Shown piece after piece: positions 1-9,016 of a DNA stretch of 64,000 nucleotides (position 1 is the first letter of the stretch; every line of letters starts with the position of its first letter). Under the pieces are notes generated by a model. That model was not told the origin of the DNA. It saw only the letters and a list, made by a program, of their open reading frames with translations, and did no database searches. Source of the stretch: Thermoplasmata archaeon (GTDB lineage Archaea > Thermoplasmatota > Thermoplasmata > UBA10834); assembly GCA_041559015.1 (NCBI GenBank), contig JBFFED010000002.1:1027-65026 (forward strand), in the 5' to 3' direction. The position numbers and the translations under genes were made by a program.

Positions 1-2
1 GG

Positions 3-131
3 GCGGACACGACCGCGAGGACCGTGATCTCGCCAACGGAGCTGCCAGTCGGCATCATAACCGCGCTCTGTGGCGGACCCTTCTTCCTGTACCTCCTCAG
101 GAGGAACAGGTTAGCAGGTGAGGTGCGATGA
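3..131 (+). CDS. C-terminus of FecCD/BtuC-family ABC permease (partial)
   Basis: Hand translation [34 protein letters not shown] is the typical FecCD C-terminus; ATGA overlap with the next gene. Confidence 0.85.
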   Translation, partial: ADTTARTVISPTELPVGIITALCGGPFFLYLLRRNRLAGEVR

Positions 132-1396
132 AGCTCGACGTCCGCGGCCTCTCCTATTCCTTCGGGGACAAGAAGGTCCTCAAGGAGATCTCTTTCGACG
201 TGAAGCCCGGTGAGTTCATGGGCCTGATGGGCCCCAACGGCTCCGGGAAGACCACCCTGCTGAGGTGCATAATGAACTACCTTAGCCCGCCTGCGGACTC
301 CATAGCCATCGACGGCACGGCGATACAGGTTCTCTCTCCGGAGAAGCTCGCGCGCACATTCGCAGTAGTACCGCAGAGCTCCTCGACGGACTTCACCTTC
401 TCGGCCTATGACATCGTCATGATGGGGCGGCTCCCTCACAGGAGGAACAGGTTCGCGGGCCCCACAAAGGCCGATGCGGACGCCGTTAGGAGCGCCATGG
501 ATAGGACGGGCACTTGGCCGCTAGCGAGCAGGCCGTTCTTTGAGCTCAGCGGCGGGGAGAGGCAGAGGGTCATCATTGCGAGGGCGGTCGCCCAGCATCC
601 GGAGACTCTGCTCCTTGACGAGCCCACGGTCTATCTGGACATCAACGGCCAGCTCGAGATAATGGACCTCATCAAGAGCCTCAACCGGGAGGAGGGCATC
701 ACAGTGATCTCCGTGCTCCACGACGTGAACATGGCCGCAAGGTACTGTGACAGGATAGCCCTGTTGAGTAACGGATGGCTGGAGGCTCTCGGCCCGCCGG
801 CTGAGGTCCTCAACCCTGAGGTCATACAGAGCGTCTATGGGGTCGAGGTCGTGGTCAGGAGGGACCCGTTCACGGACGCGGTCTACGTCATGCCTCGGTC
901 CACTATCGCACCCGCGCCCAGGCACGGGCGCAGGGTGCACCTACTGTGTGGGGGTGGAGTCGGCGGCCCGGTCATGAAGACGCTCCTCGATGCGGGGTAC
1001 GGCGTATCTACGGGCGTCCTAAACGTCCTCGACTCGGATTTCGAGAACGCGAAAGACCTGCACGTTCCGACGGTTCCGGAGGTCCCGTTCGCCGCTGTCA
1101 GCGAGGCGGCCCACGAGAAGAACCTAGCACTGATACAGGACTCGGAGGCAGTGGTGGTATCTCCGTTCCCGGTCGGCCCGGGGAACATGAAGAACATGGA
1201 GGCGGCGAGGGAGGCCCTCTCGATGGGCAAGAAGGTCGTGGTGTTGCTCCCTGACGCAGGGAGGTCAATCGATTTCGTGGGCGGGCAGGCAGACGCCATC
1301 ATGAAGGGTTTGATAAGTTCGGGCGCGATTCCAGTAGAGGGAATCACGGAGATGCTGCGGGAGCTCCAGGAGGGACGGGGCAAAGATGAGCGGTAA
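128..1396 (+). CDS. Cobalamin/iron-chelate ABC ATP-binding protein with C-terminal extension
   Basis: GPNGSGKT Walker A, LSGGERQR signature, LLLDEPT Walker B, ~150 aa extra C-terminal domain. Confidence 0.9.
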   Translation: MKLDVRGLSYSFGDKKVLKEISFDVKPGEFMGLMGPNGSGKTTLLRCIMNYLSPPADSIAIDGTAIQVLSPEKLARTFAVVPQSSSTDFTFSAYDIVMMGRLPHRRNRFAGPTKADADAVRSAMDRTGTWPLASRPFFELSGGERQRVIIARAVAQHPETLLLDEPTVYLDINGQLEIMDLIKSLNREEGITVISVLHDVNMAARYCDRIALLSNGWLEALGPPAEVLNPEVIQSVYGVEVVVRRDPFTDAVYVMPRSTIAPAPRHGRRVHLLCGGGVGGPVMKTLLDAGYGVSTGVLNVLDSDFENAKDLHVPTVPEVPFAAVSEAAHEKNLALIQDSEAVVVSPFPVGPGNMKNMEAAREALSMGKKVVVLLPDAGRSIDFVGGQADAIMKGLISSGAIPVEGITEMLRELQEGRGKDER

Positions 1397-2183
1397 GAGC
1401 CTCAGGGACCTCAAGCGGAACACCGAGATGCTGATCCTGGTTGAGCTTGTCGAGTCCCCGGCCGTGAAGCTCAAGGAAATCTCCAAGAACTTGGGCATAA
1501 CGGTCCAGGCAGTCAGCCAGTACATCGCCGCAATGAAGCGAGAGGGGCTCGTCAAGGGCTCGGGCGGCAAGCTGAAGCCGACCAGGCGCGGGATGCAGAT
1601 GCTGCAGGAGCATTTCACAGGCCTGAAGCACGAGGTCGACGGGATACTCCGCAGAATCAGAGTGGTCGACACCTGCGTGTCCATCGCGGCGAAGAGGATA
1701 GCCAAGGGCCAGAAAGTCGGGCTCGAGATGGAGGACGGTATCCTCATGGCCTTCCCAAACAAGAAGGCAGCATCGACGGGCGTCGCGCTGGAGTCCTCGG
1801 AAGAGGGCGATGACCTGCTCGTCGGCCAGCTCGAGGGGATAGTGGACATGGAGCTTGGCAGGCTCCTGGTCGTCGAGGCGCCCCCCGAGTCCGAAGGCGG
1901 CTCCAAGAGCGCGAGCGTAGAGACCGTCAGGGGCAGGATAGACGACTTCTCCCCGGGGCTGCTGGTCGCGGGCGACACGACCGGGGCAGCGCTGCTCATG
2001 AAGGCGGCCGGTGAGATGTTCACGCTGCACGCGCCAGTGGAGTCAGCCATGAGCGCGCTCAGCAAGGGTGTGGATGTCGTGTTCTGTGGCGCGAGGGAAT
2101 CCGTCGACCGGATGCTTGATGCCGTTTCCGAACTCAGGAGTGAGACGGGGTACGAGATAAAGTGGCGCTCGTACAAGGCGTGA
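1386..2183 (+). CDS. Archaeal winged-helix transcriptional regulator (COG1497-like)
   Basis: N-terminal HTH LKEISKNLGITVQAVSQYIAAMKREGLV. Confidence 0.75.
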   Translation: MSGKSLRDLKRNTEMLILVELVESPAVKLKEISKNLGITVQAVSQYIAAMKREGLVKGSGGKLKPTRRGMQMLQEHFTGLKHEVDGILRRIRVVDTCVSIAAKRIAKGQKVGLEMEDGILMAFPNKKAASTGVALESSEEGDDLLVGQLEGIVDMELGRLLVVEAPPESEGGSKSASVETVRGRIDDFSPGLLVAGDTTGAALLMKAAGEMFTLHAPVESAMSALSKGVDVVFCGARESVDRMLDAVSELRSETGYEIKWRSYKA

Positions 2184-2241
2184 GCGGAAATCGGGGTCAA
2201 GATTTAATGGCATCTTGTCGATTCGACACTCCGGTGATCCC

Positions 2242-2808
2242 TTGGAAGTGGTAGAGGCCATCAGGGCCAGGAGGGCCAAGAGGGTTCTAGATGCCAGGCC
2301 GGTCGAAGATGATAAGATCGCGGCGCTCATCGAGGCCGCGAGGCTGTCAGCATCTTGCTTCAACAACCAGCCCTGGCGGATAGTCATATGCAAGGGGCCG
2401 GAGGCGCTCGGGCAGGTCAAGAGCACTCTCTCGAAGGGCAATGTGTGGGCCACGCGGGCGCCTGTGATCATGGTCGTCGCGGCGAGGCCACCCGATGACT
2501 GCCAGCTGAGCGAAAAGAGGGACTACTTCCTATTCTCGACAGGACTTGCGATAGGGCAGCTGGGGCTCAGGGCTACGGAGCTGGGATTGATAGCGCATCC
2601 CATCGCAGGCTACAACCCACAGAACGCGAAGGCCCTTCTCGGCATCCCGGAGGACTTCGTGGTCATAACATACGTCATAGTCGGCTACCCGGGCACGGAT
2701 GACTCCCTGCTCTCGGACAAGCAGAAACAGACCGAGTCGGTCAGGCCAGAGAGGAAGCCGGTCGGCGAGAACTTCTACCTCGACAGATGGGGTGCCCCGT
2801 TCAGCTGA
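2242..2808 (+). CDS. Nitroreductase family protein
   Basis: RRAKR, AARLSASCFNNQPW motifs; TTG start after GGTGA. Confidence 0.85.
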   Translation: MEVVEAIRARRAKRVLDARPVEDDKIAALIEAARLSASCFNNQPWRIVICKGPEALGQVKSTLSKGNVWATRAPVIMVVAARPPDDCQLSEKRDYFLFSTGLAIGQLGLRATELGLIAHPIAGYNPQNAKALLGIPEDFVVITYVIVGYPGTDDSLLSDKQKQTESVRPERKPVGENFYLDRWGAPFS

Positions 2809-2936
2809 ACTAGAGTCTGGATACAGGGGGGCCGTGACGCAGATGCACTCTGTGATGGTCTGCGCGGCGCCGTGACTGTGGCCTGCCGGAAATCAAATGC
2901 CTTATAGGCCGGTACGGTATACTCGATTCCGGGGAC

Positions 2937-3218
2937 GTGACTGCCGTGGAAGAGCTGGCCCTGGGCCTCCTGCTGATCATTTCAGCGTTCTTCCTAGCTC
3001 TCGCCCTGATGTCCTACAGGCGGAGCGGCGTCAGGGCCATCATATGGGTGTCTCTCGCCCTCTCAGCCCATGTCGGGGCGACCCTGCTCATGGTGGCCGC
3101 TATCATCGTCAACAGTTCCGTAGACGACGCGACCCGGCTCTACATGGTCATCGCTGACGCGGCCGCCCTCGCGCTGATCCTCGCCTTGGGGATCGTGGGG
3201 GGAAGGCGAAGTGGATGA
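2937..3218 (+). CDS. Small 3-TM membrane protein upstream of HTH regulator
   Basis: Three hydrophobic segments; overlaps the start of the next gene. Confidence 0.6.
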   Translation: MTAVEELALGLLLIISAFFLALALMSYRRSGVRAIIWVSLALSAHVGATLLMVAAIIVNSSVDDATRLYMVIADAAALALILALGIVGGRRSG

Positions 3219-3795
3219 CCCTCTCCAGCTCGAGAACAGGAAGCGCATATTCGAGTGCGTGAGGAGCAACCCCGGCCTCCACTTCAGGGAGATACAACGC
3301 AGGATCAACATGCCAATCGGCGTCCTCGACTACCATCTCAACTACCTGGCCCAGAAGGGTATCGTCGTGGTGAGGAAGCAGGAGGGTTTCTCGCGGTACT
3401 ATCCCGGAGGACATATCACGGCTGAGAAGATGCGGCTCCTGTCATGCCTCAGACAGGAGATACCCAGGGGCATCATGCTCTACCTCCTGAGGAACCCGGG
3501 GGCGACGCACGGGCAGATCCTGGCCAGGTTCTCAGTCTCCGGTGGCACGCTCTCGTACCATATCAAGAAGATGTTGTCACTCGGCGCGATCAAGGTCGAG
3601 AAGAAGGGTAGGGAGTCGCATTTCAGCGTGGTCGACCCTGTGGCGGTGACTGACCTCCTGATAGTCTACAGGAGGACGTTCCTGGACAAGCTGGTCGATG
3701 ACTTCGTCGCAGTTCATTCCATGGGGGCCGAGAGTGAAGACGCACGGGCGGTACCTTCGCGCGCGGAGAGCAGCGAGGTCAAGAACAGCGATTGA
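3211..3795 (+). CDS. Double winged-HTH regulator (COG3398/ArsR-like)
   Basis: NPGLHFREIQRR...LDYHLNYL and NPGATHGQI...LSYHIKKM repeats. Confidence 0.85.
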   Translation: MDDPLQLENRKRIFECVRSNPGLHFREIQRRINMPIGVLDYHLNYLAQKGIVVVRKQEGFSRYYPGGHITAEKMRLLSCLRQEIPRGIMLYLLRNPGATHGQILARFSVSGGTLSYHIKKMLSLGAIKVEKKGRESHFSVVDPVAVTDLLIVYRRTFLDKLVDDFVAVHSMGAESEDARAVPSRAESSEVKNSD

Positions 3796-3803
3796 GGACC
3801 GCT

Positions 3804-5051
3804 CTAGTCACGTCCGCCCTTGTAGTATCTGTTGTTCTCCAGGGTCACTGTCTCAGCGGGGTCATCCTTCCCCCTGCGGGAGATGTACAGCGCGCTGACG
3901 CCGCTACCGATGACGGCGCCGCCTACGAGGATCCCCGCGGCGACGGACATGACGGATGAGCCGAATATCCCACCGTCCTCAGGAGGTCGGATCACTCCGC
4001 CATCGCCTCCTCCGGTCGCGGCCGACGCGAAGATGCCCAGGCTGGGATCCAGCGAGATTGCGGCCACGTCCCTGTCTATCGGCGATGAGAGGTAGAGTCT
4101 GAGGCACTCTCCGTCCGTGCCGTAGTGCGCGGTCGAGTCGGCAAGTGAGCTGTTTCCGGCCGACCAGTTCAGCATTATCTTGTTCGCCCAGGCGAAGTAG
4201 CCCATGGGCACCCCGTCCTCGACGAACGCGAACATCTGTTCCTCGGTCTGCCGGTACTGGAACTTGTGCACGATCGGTGAGGTGCCGTTCGTCTCGTTCA
4301 CGGCAGGGTCGCTGGTGGTGACGCCACTTGACTGATAGCCATAGAACCGATATGGTTCGTCGCTTGGCGCGATGACCATGCTGCCTGCCTCCATCACGCA
4401 CAGGTTCATCTCGACCGCAAGCCTGTTGACATAGATCATCTTGTTGAGCCTCAACACCATGTCGAACTTCATCTCCGTGGACCCGTTGACGTCGATCTGA
4501 TGGTCGGAGAACCCGGGATAGGCTGCAACCCGGTTGTCTGTTGATACCTGGAATGTGAACTGGACCTCTGCCCACTCATGGATGATTTCGACTCCTGGCT
4601 GAGCAGTGGTGCCAGTGCCGGTGGTGCTCCCCGGGAGGCGCTTGGTCATGTCGACCACCGCCCTCAGGGCGACTGTCACCGCGCTGCCCTTCTCACTGGT
4701 CGTCTTCGAGGGACCTACGACCTCCCAGGAGACGCCCTCCAACGAAGCCTGATATGCCCAGTCGGCGAAGGGATTCTCAGCGGTCTCGCTCACATTGTAG
4801 CCGATGAATGAGGAGACCGTGAAGCCGTATCCGTTGCCCGAGGAATCATCGGCCGCCCGAATCATGCCTGATGGCTGGAGCTTCGAGATGTCGATGGTCG
4901 CGTTCTCAGTCGCGATGGTGATGCCGTCAGCATCCTCATCATATACGATATCCATCTCCGTGGCGTCCGCTGGGAAAGACGGTAGTGCCGAACCGGCGGC
5001 GAACAGCAAGAATGCTGTTCCGATGGCCGCCAGAACCCATCGTGCGAGCAT
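3804..5051 (-). CDS. Secreted, C-terminally membrane-anchored surface protein
   Basis: Signal-like MLARWVLAAIGTAFLLFAAGSA; C-terminal TM helix and short basic tail. Confidence 0.7.
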   Translation of the reverse strand: MLARWVLAAIGTAFLLFAAGSALPSFPADATEMDIVYDEDADGITIATENATIDISKLQPSGMIRAADDSSGNGYGFTVSSFIGYNVSETAENPFADWAYQASLEGVSWEVVGPSKTTSEKGSAVTVALRAVVDMTKRLPGSTTGTGTTAQPGVEIIHEWAEVQFTFQVSTDNRVAAYPGFSDHQIDVNGSTEMKFDMVLRLNKMIYVNRLAVEMNLCVMEAGSMVIAPSDEPYRFYGYQSSGVTTSDPAVNETNGTSPIVHKFQYRQTEEQMFAFVEDGVPMGYFAWANKIMLNWSAGNSSLADSTAHYGTDGECLRLYLSSPIDRDVAAISLDPSLGIFASAATGGGDGGVIRPPEDGGIFGSSVMSVAAGILVGGAVIGSGVSALYISRRGKDDPAETVTLENNRYYKGGRD

Positions 5052-5507
5052 CGCAATTGAGCATCTCACTGTTGTTAGATAAGCGATTTGGTACGAGTTT
5101 AGAAAGACCGGGCCTCTTGAGGACGGGGGGCCGGAGCCATCGGTCCGCCTGTCAGAATCCTTCACGTCTGGCTCCCCCGCGCTGTCCAAGCGGATCTCGG
5201 AACCCTGGTGTGCGGTTCTCGGACTCCACATCGTCATCACGCGTCGGAATATAGCGCCGTTATATCGGAAAGCGTCATGGTGAGGTCGTCTGCATGCGAC
5301 TTTGCGAGCATAGCCGTCAATCTGGCACTGCTGGGCATGATCGGCCAACGGCTGAACTGGCAATATTGGTGTCGGGGTGCTGTGGCGAGAACCCGTGCTC
5401 CCTCGAGTACGGCACAATCGCCGATCGCGGTCTTCCGCTGCCCGCCGCCGTCAATCCTGGCAACCTATACTCAATTCTTATCAACCCGTTCGCCAATCAC
5501 CTGAAGC

Positions 5508-6797
5508 ATGTCAATCGACCCCAAGCTCCTCAGGCGCGTCAGAAGGGAATTCCCGGCAATCGAGCACGACCCTTCGGGGCGCAAGAGGGCTTTCCTTGAC
5601 AACGGCGCTGGAACGCTGGTGACGAAGAGGAGCGCCGAAGCAGAGGCCAGAGCTAGGATGGACTGGAGCGCCAATGTGGGCAACTACTTCCCGGAATCGC
5701 AGGGCGCCGGGCAGACGATTCTGGAGGGCAGGCGCGCGGTCGCAGACTTCCTCAGGGCCGAGGGGCCGGAGACGATAATCTCCGGGGAGTCGTGCACGAG
5801 CCTGCTCTTCGGGCTCAGCTACGCGATGAGCCGGACCCTGACCGGCAAGGAGAACATCGTTGTCACTGGGTACGAGCACTACGCTAACATGAACCCGTGG
5901 GCTGAGCTCGGCGGCATGGGCTTGATAGAGCAGCTCAAGCTTGCGAAGTTCCACTTGAACTCCGGCTACCTGGACATGGAGGAGTACAAGCAGCTGGTCG
6001 ACAAGAACACCAAGATAGTGTCCGTAGCCGCAGCATCGAACGTGCTCGGGACGCGCTCACATCTCCACGAGATGTGCAAGATAGCCCACGAGGCCGGCGC
6101 ACTCTTCTTCGTGGATGCGGTCCACCATGCCGCCCATGCCCCGACCGATGTGAAGAAGATGGGCTGCGACGCGCTCGTCTTCTCAGGCTACAAGCTCTTC
6201 TCGCGGCACGGCAGCTTCATGTATCTCAAGCCTGAGCTGATCGAGAAGCTCAATCCCTACAAGGTAGACCCTTCCCCGAAGCACGGACCTGAGAAGTGGG
6301 AGATGGGCACCAGGGACCAGGCGATGTTCGCAGCCATCAAGGGGGCGATAGACTACATCGCGTGGCTCGCCAACCCGTCCTCCAGAACGCCCCTGAAGCC
6401 TGGCCCGCAGAGGAGCGCCAAGCTGAGGCAGGCCATGGAGATTATAGAGGCATATGAGAAGGACCTGACGAGGATAGTGCTCGACGGCTACGGCAAGCTG
6501 CTCGGGCTCAGGTACATCAGGAGCCTGACCCTGTACGGTCCCAACGAGATCCACAAGAAGGTCGGCAGGGACCCGACATTCGCGTTCAAGCTCGCGGGCT
6601 ACGACGACCACGAGCTCTCGAAGATACTCTGGGACAAGTACGGGCTCGCCGTTGGCGCGGAGGACTACTACTCGAGCGTGCCCGCGCTGTACGGCGCCAA
6701 GACGATGTCCAGGGCGACACTCGTGCACTACAACACGAAGGATGAGGCGCAGGCCCTCCTGAAGGCCCTGAACGAACTCTCAGAGAAAAAGAAGTAG
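5508..6797 (+). CDS. Class V PLP aminotransferase, cysteine-desulfurase-like
   Basis: FLDNGAGT, DAVHHAAH, FSGYK PLP lysine. Confidence 0.85.
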   Translation: MSIDPKLLRRVRREFPAIEHDPSGRKRAFLDNGAGTLVTKRSAEAEARARMDWSANVGNYFPESQGAGQTILEGRRAVADFLRAEGPETIISGESCTSLLFGLSYAMSRTLTGKENIVVTGYEHYANMNPWAELGGMGLIEQLKLAKFHLNSGYLDMEEYKQLVDKNTKIVSVAAASNVLGTRSHLHEMCKIAHEAGALFFVDAVHHAAHAPTDVKKMGCDALVFSGYKLFSRHGSFMYLKPELIEKLNPYKVDPSPKHGPEKWEMGTRDQAMFAAIKGAIDYIAWLANPSSRTPLKPGPQRSAKLRQAMEIIEAYEKDLTRIVLDGYGKLLGLRYIRSLTLYGPNEIHKKVGRDPTFAFKLAGYDDHELSKILWDKYGLAVGAEDYYSSVPALYGAKTMSRATLVHYNTKDEAQALLKALNELSEKKK

Positions 6798-6838
6798 AGA
6801 GGAATAAATCGAGAGGGAAGGGGTTTAGGGTCGCGGAA

Positions 6839-8314
6839 CTACTTCTTGTTGTAGTACTTGGACCACTCGCCTGGCTGTGAGGAGATGGTCTTCTCGTAGT
6901 TCTGCTGTACCTTCTGGCCCGGCTTCTTGCCGCTCATGAGGACTGCCACGACCGCGACCACTACCACGATGGCGATCACCGCCGCTGCCATCAGCACGAA
7001 CACGGGTATGTCGGGTCCGGTGTCGGTAGAGATGTCCACGAGTGCCTCGGACTCGAATGTCGGGTCGTGGTTGATGAGCGCGCCGCCTGGGAACGCCATC
7101 CCGCCGAGGACGGCGAAGCCCGCGAACACTGCCTTGTTGGGTCCGACCGCAACGATCGGAACGCCGGCCATCACCTGCGCGTGTAGCTGCTCCTGGACCC
7201 CGTCCACCTCGACGTCGGTCACCCAGTGCATCGCCCCGATCTTCGACCACTCACCGTCGAAGGCAAGCCTGTTCTGAGTGAGGGTCCTAATCTTGTCTGG
7301 CTCCAGCACGCCCAAGGACTCGTTCACCCGGAGCTCGGTCGAAGTGCCCTCGTTGGCAGTCATCGCGCCGTTCTCGTTCATCGTGCGGACCATGTTCATC
7401 TCCATCCAGGCAGCCCTGACTGGAGACATCCAGTTCCCGACGATCGCGCCGAACTCCAGCAGCAGCGTCTTGTTGACGGTGTTGTCAGCGTCGAAGTCCC
7501 AGCCCTCGATCTGCTGGTCCCACTTCATGTCGTACTTGATCACCTTGCCGGCGACCTGGAAGTCCTCGATCTTCTCAGTGCCATAGAACGCCATCGTCCC
7601 CAGGGGGCCCTTGGTCACGGTGATCCTGTACTGCGGGAGTGTCTCGTTGTTCATCTGGACCATATTCGCTTCCAGGTGGAAGGACAGCTTCATCGTGTTC
7701 AGCATGTCGTCCCCGACCGCTCCGCTGTAGTCCTTCAGCGGAACGTACGGTAGGTCCGTCGCTGTCAGGTCGAAGGTCCAGTTCTTGGAGTAGTCAGTCT
7801 CGGCGTACACGACCTCCGACTGCGTCCACGAGGTCTTCAGGTCGGCCTTCTTGTAGATCGGTTCATCGCCGGAGTAGACGCCCGTGAAGTTGCCAAGCGC
7901 GAACAGCCTCTGGTATGCCAGGATGCCGTTCCCGTCGACATCGCTGAACTCGACCAGTGAGTCGAGTTTCACTGCGTACATCGTGTAGACCTTGATTGGG
8001 TGGTCGGCCTCTACGAGCTCTCCGTCCCGGTCGTACACCTGCGCCACGCCAAGGTATCTCGCCTTGATCGCGACGAAGTACACGTTGTTCTCATTCGTCT
8101 CGTTGCCCCAAACTACGCCGAAAGCGGCGTCCGTCCCGAACTTGACGAAGAAGTGGTCCCCTCCGCCGAGTATGTCGGTCCCGCCAGTCTCGGTCTCGAG
8201 CTGGTCAGTGAGCACGATCGGGCCTGCGGACGCCATGGAAGGGATGGCGAACATCCCCATGAGCATCATGGCCACGACCGCCACGCCAGCACTCGCGGTT
8301 CTCTTTGCGTTCAT
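6839..8314 (-). CDS. Secreted, C-terminally membrane-anchored surface protein
   Basis: GGAGGTG RBS before MNAKRTASAG; signal peptide; DVDGNG motif; C-terminal TM helix. Confidence 0.75.
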   Translation of the reverse strand: MNAKRTASAGVAVVAMMLMGMFAIPSMASAGPIVLTDQLETETGGTDILGGGDHFFVKFGTDAAFGVVWGNETNENNVYFVAIKARYLGVAQVYDRDGELVEADHPIKVYTMYAVKLDSLVEFSDVDGNGILAYQRLFALGNFTGVYSGDEPIYKKADLKTSWTQSEVVYAETDYSKNWTFDLTATDLPYVPLKDYSGAVGDDMLNTMKLSFHLEANMVQMNNETLPQYRITVTKGPLGTMAFYGTEKIEDFQVAGKVIKYDMKWDQQIEGWDFDADNTVNKTLLLEFGAIVGNWMSPVRAAWMEMNMVRTMNENGAMTANEGTSTELRVNESLGVLEPDKIRTLTQNRLAFDGEWSKIGAMHWVTDVEVDGVQEQLHAQVMAGVPIVAVGPNKAVFAGFAVLGGMAFPGGALINHDPTFESEALVDISTDTGPDIPVFVLMAAAVIAIVVVVAVVAVLMSGKKPGQKVQQNYEKTISSQPGEWSKYYNKK

Positions 8315-8629
8315 CTTCTTTCGCACCTCCTTGGTGTTTTCTGAGATTACAATTGTCAGTCGAGGGTATATGAATGCGGGGTGGTCTTTTGCACTGCTTT
8401 TGTGGTGCCTCAAATCCCGCATCAACGACACGAGCCAGATGTCTACCATGATGGTGTTCGGTATTTAAGCCGCCGCCCCCGCCACAGGTCGCCGAGAGAG
8501 GCGTGTGGCCGCGGATCCGCGATGCCGTGTATGCGCTGTCCGCAGATGTGTGTGTTATCTGGGAGTGAGAAAGAGCATGAGGTTCGGGTTTGACACGATG
8601 ATACGAGAGAGGCTGTGGCCCAATCGCCT

Positions 8630-8857
8630 CTAAGCGCCGGTCCTGTTCTGCATCGAGAGCCCGGGGAACGGGCTGTCCTCGAATGGGTTGCTGTGCTCGT
8701 CGTAGTATCCCGGGTCCTCCCTGTGCGTGTGCTGCACCTGGTCACCGATTGCGGAGACATTGTCTCCCATCCCCATCACTGCGGTTACTGCGACCAATAG
8801 CCCCAAGAACATCATCGAGTACTTGGTCGCTCTAGCTCTTCCCCTCTTGTATGTCAA
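8630..8857 (-). CDS. Small putative secreted protein
   Basis: Basic N-terminus, hydrophobic stretch, VSA cleavage-like site, acidic/His tail; same strand as the downstream surface gene. Confidence 0.45.
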   Translation of the reverse strand: MTYKRGRARATKYSMMFLGLLVAVTAVMGMGDNVSAIGDQVQHTHREDPGYYDEHSNPFEDSPFPGLSMQNRTGA

Positions 8858-9016
8858 GGTTTTTGAGGTTTCCTTTTCTGCCCGGCCGCCGTCGTTATCG
8901 AAAATGATACTATATGAAGTCCAGGCGGTGTTTTGCAGTAGTTTTGCAGCGCCTTAGGGACGCTTCGAATCATGCTCCGAAAGGAGTATTAACGAAGGCA
9001 ATGGTACGAGTAATGC

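Noticed and set aside
5294-5599. ORF with GGTGAGG upstream and a CCGENPC motif
   Set aside because: Runs through the probable promoter and the first 92 nt of the aminotransferase; no recognisable family.
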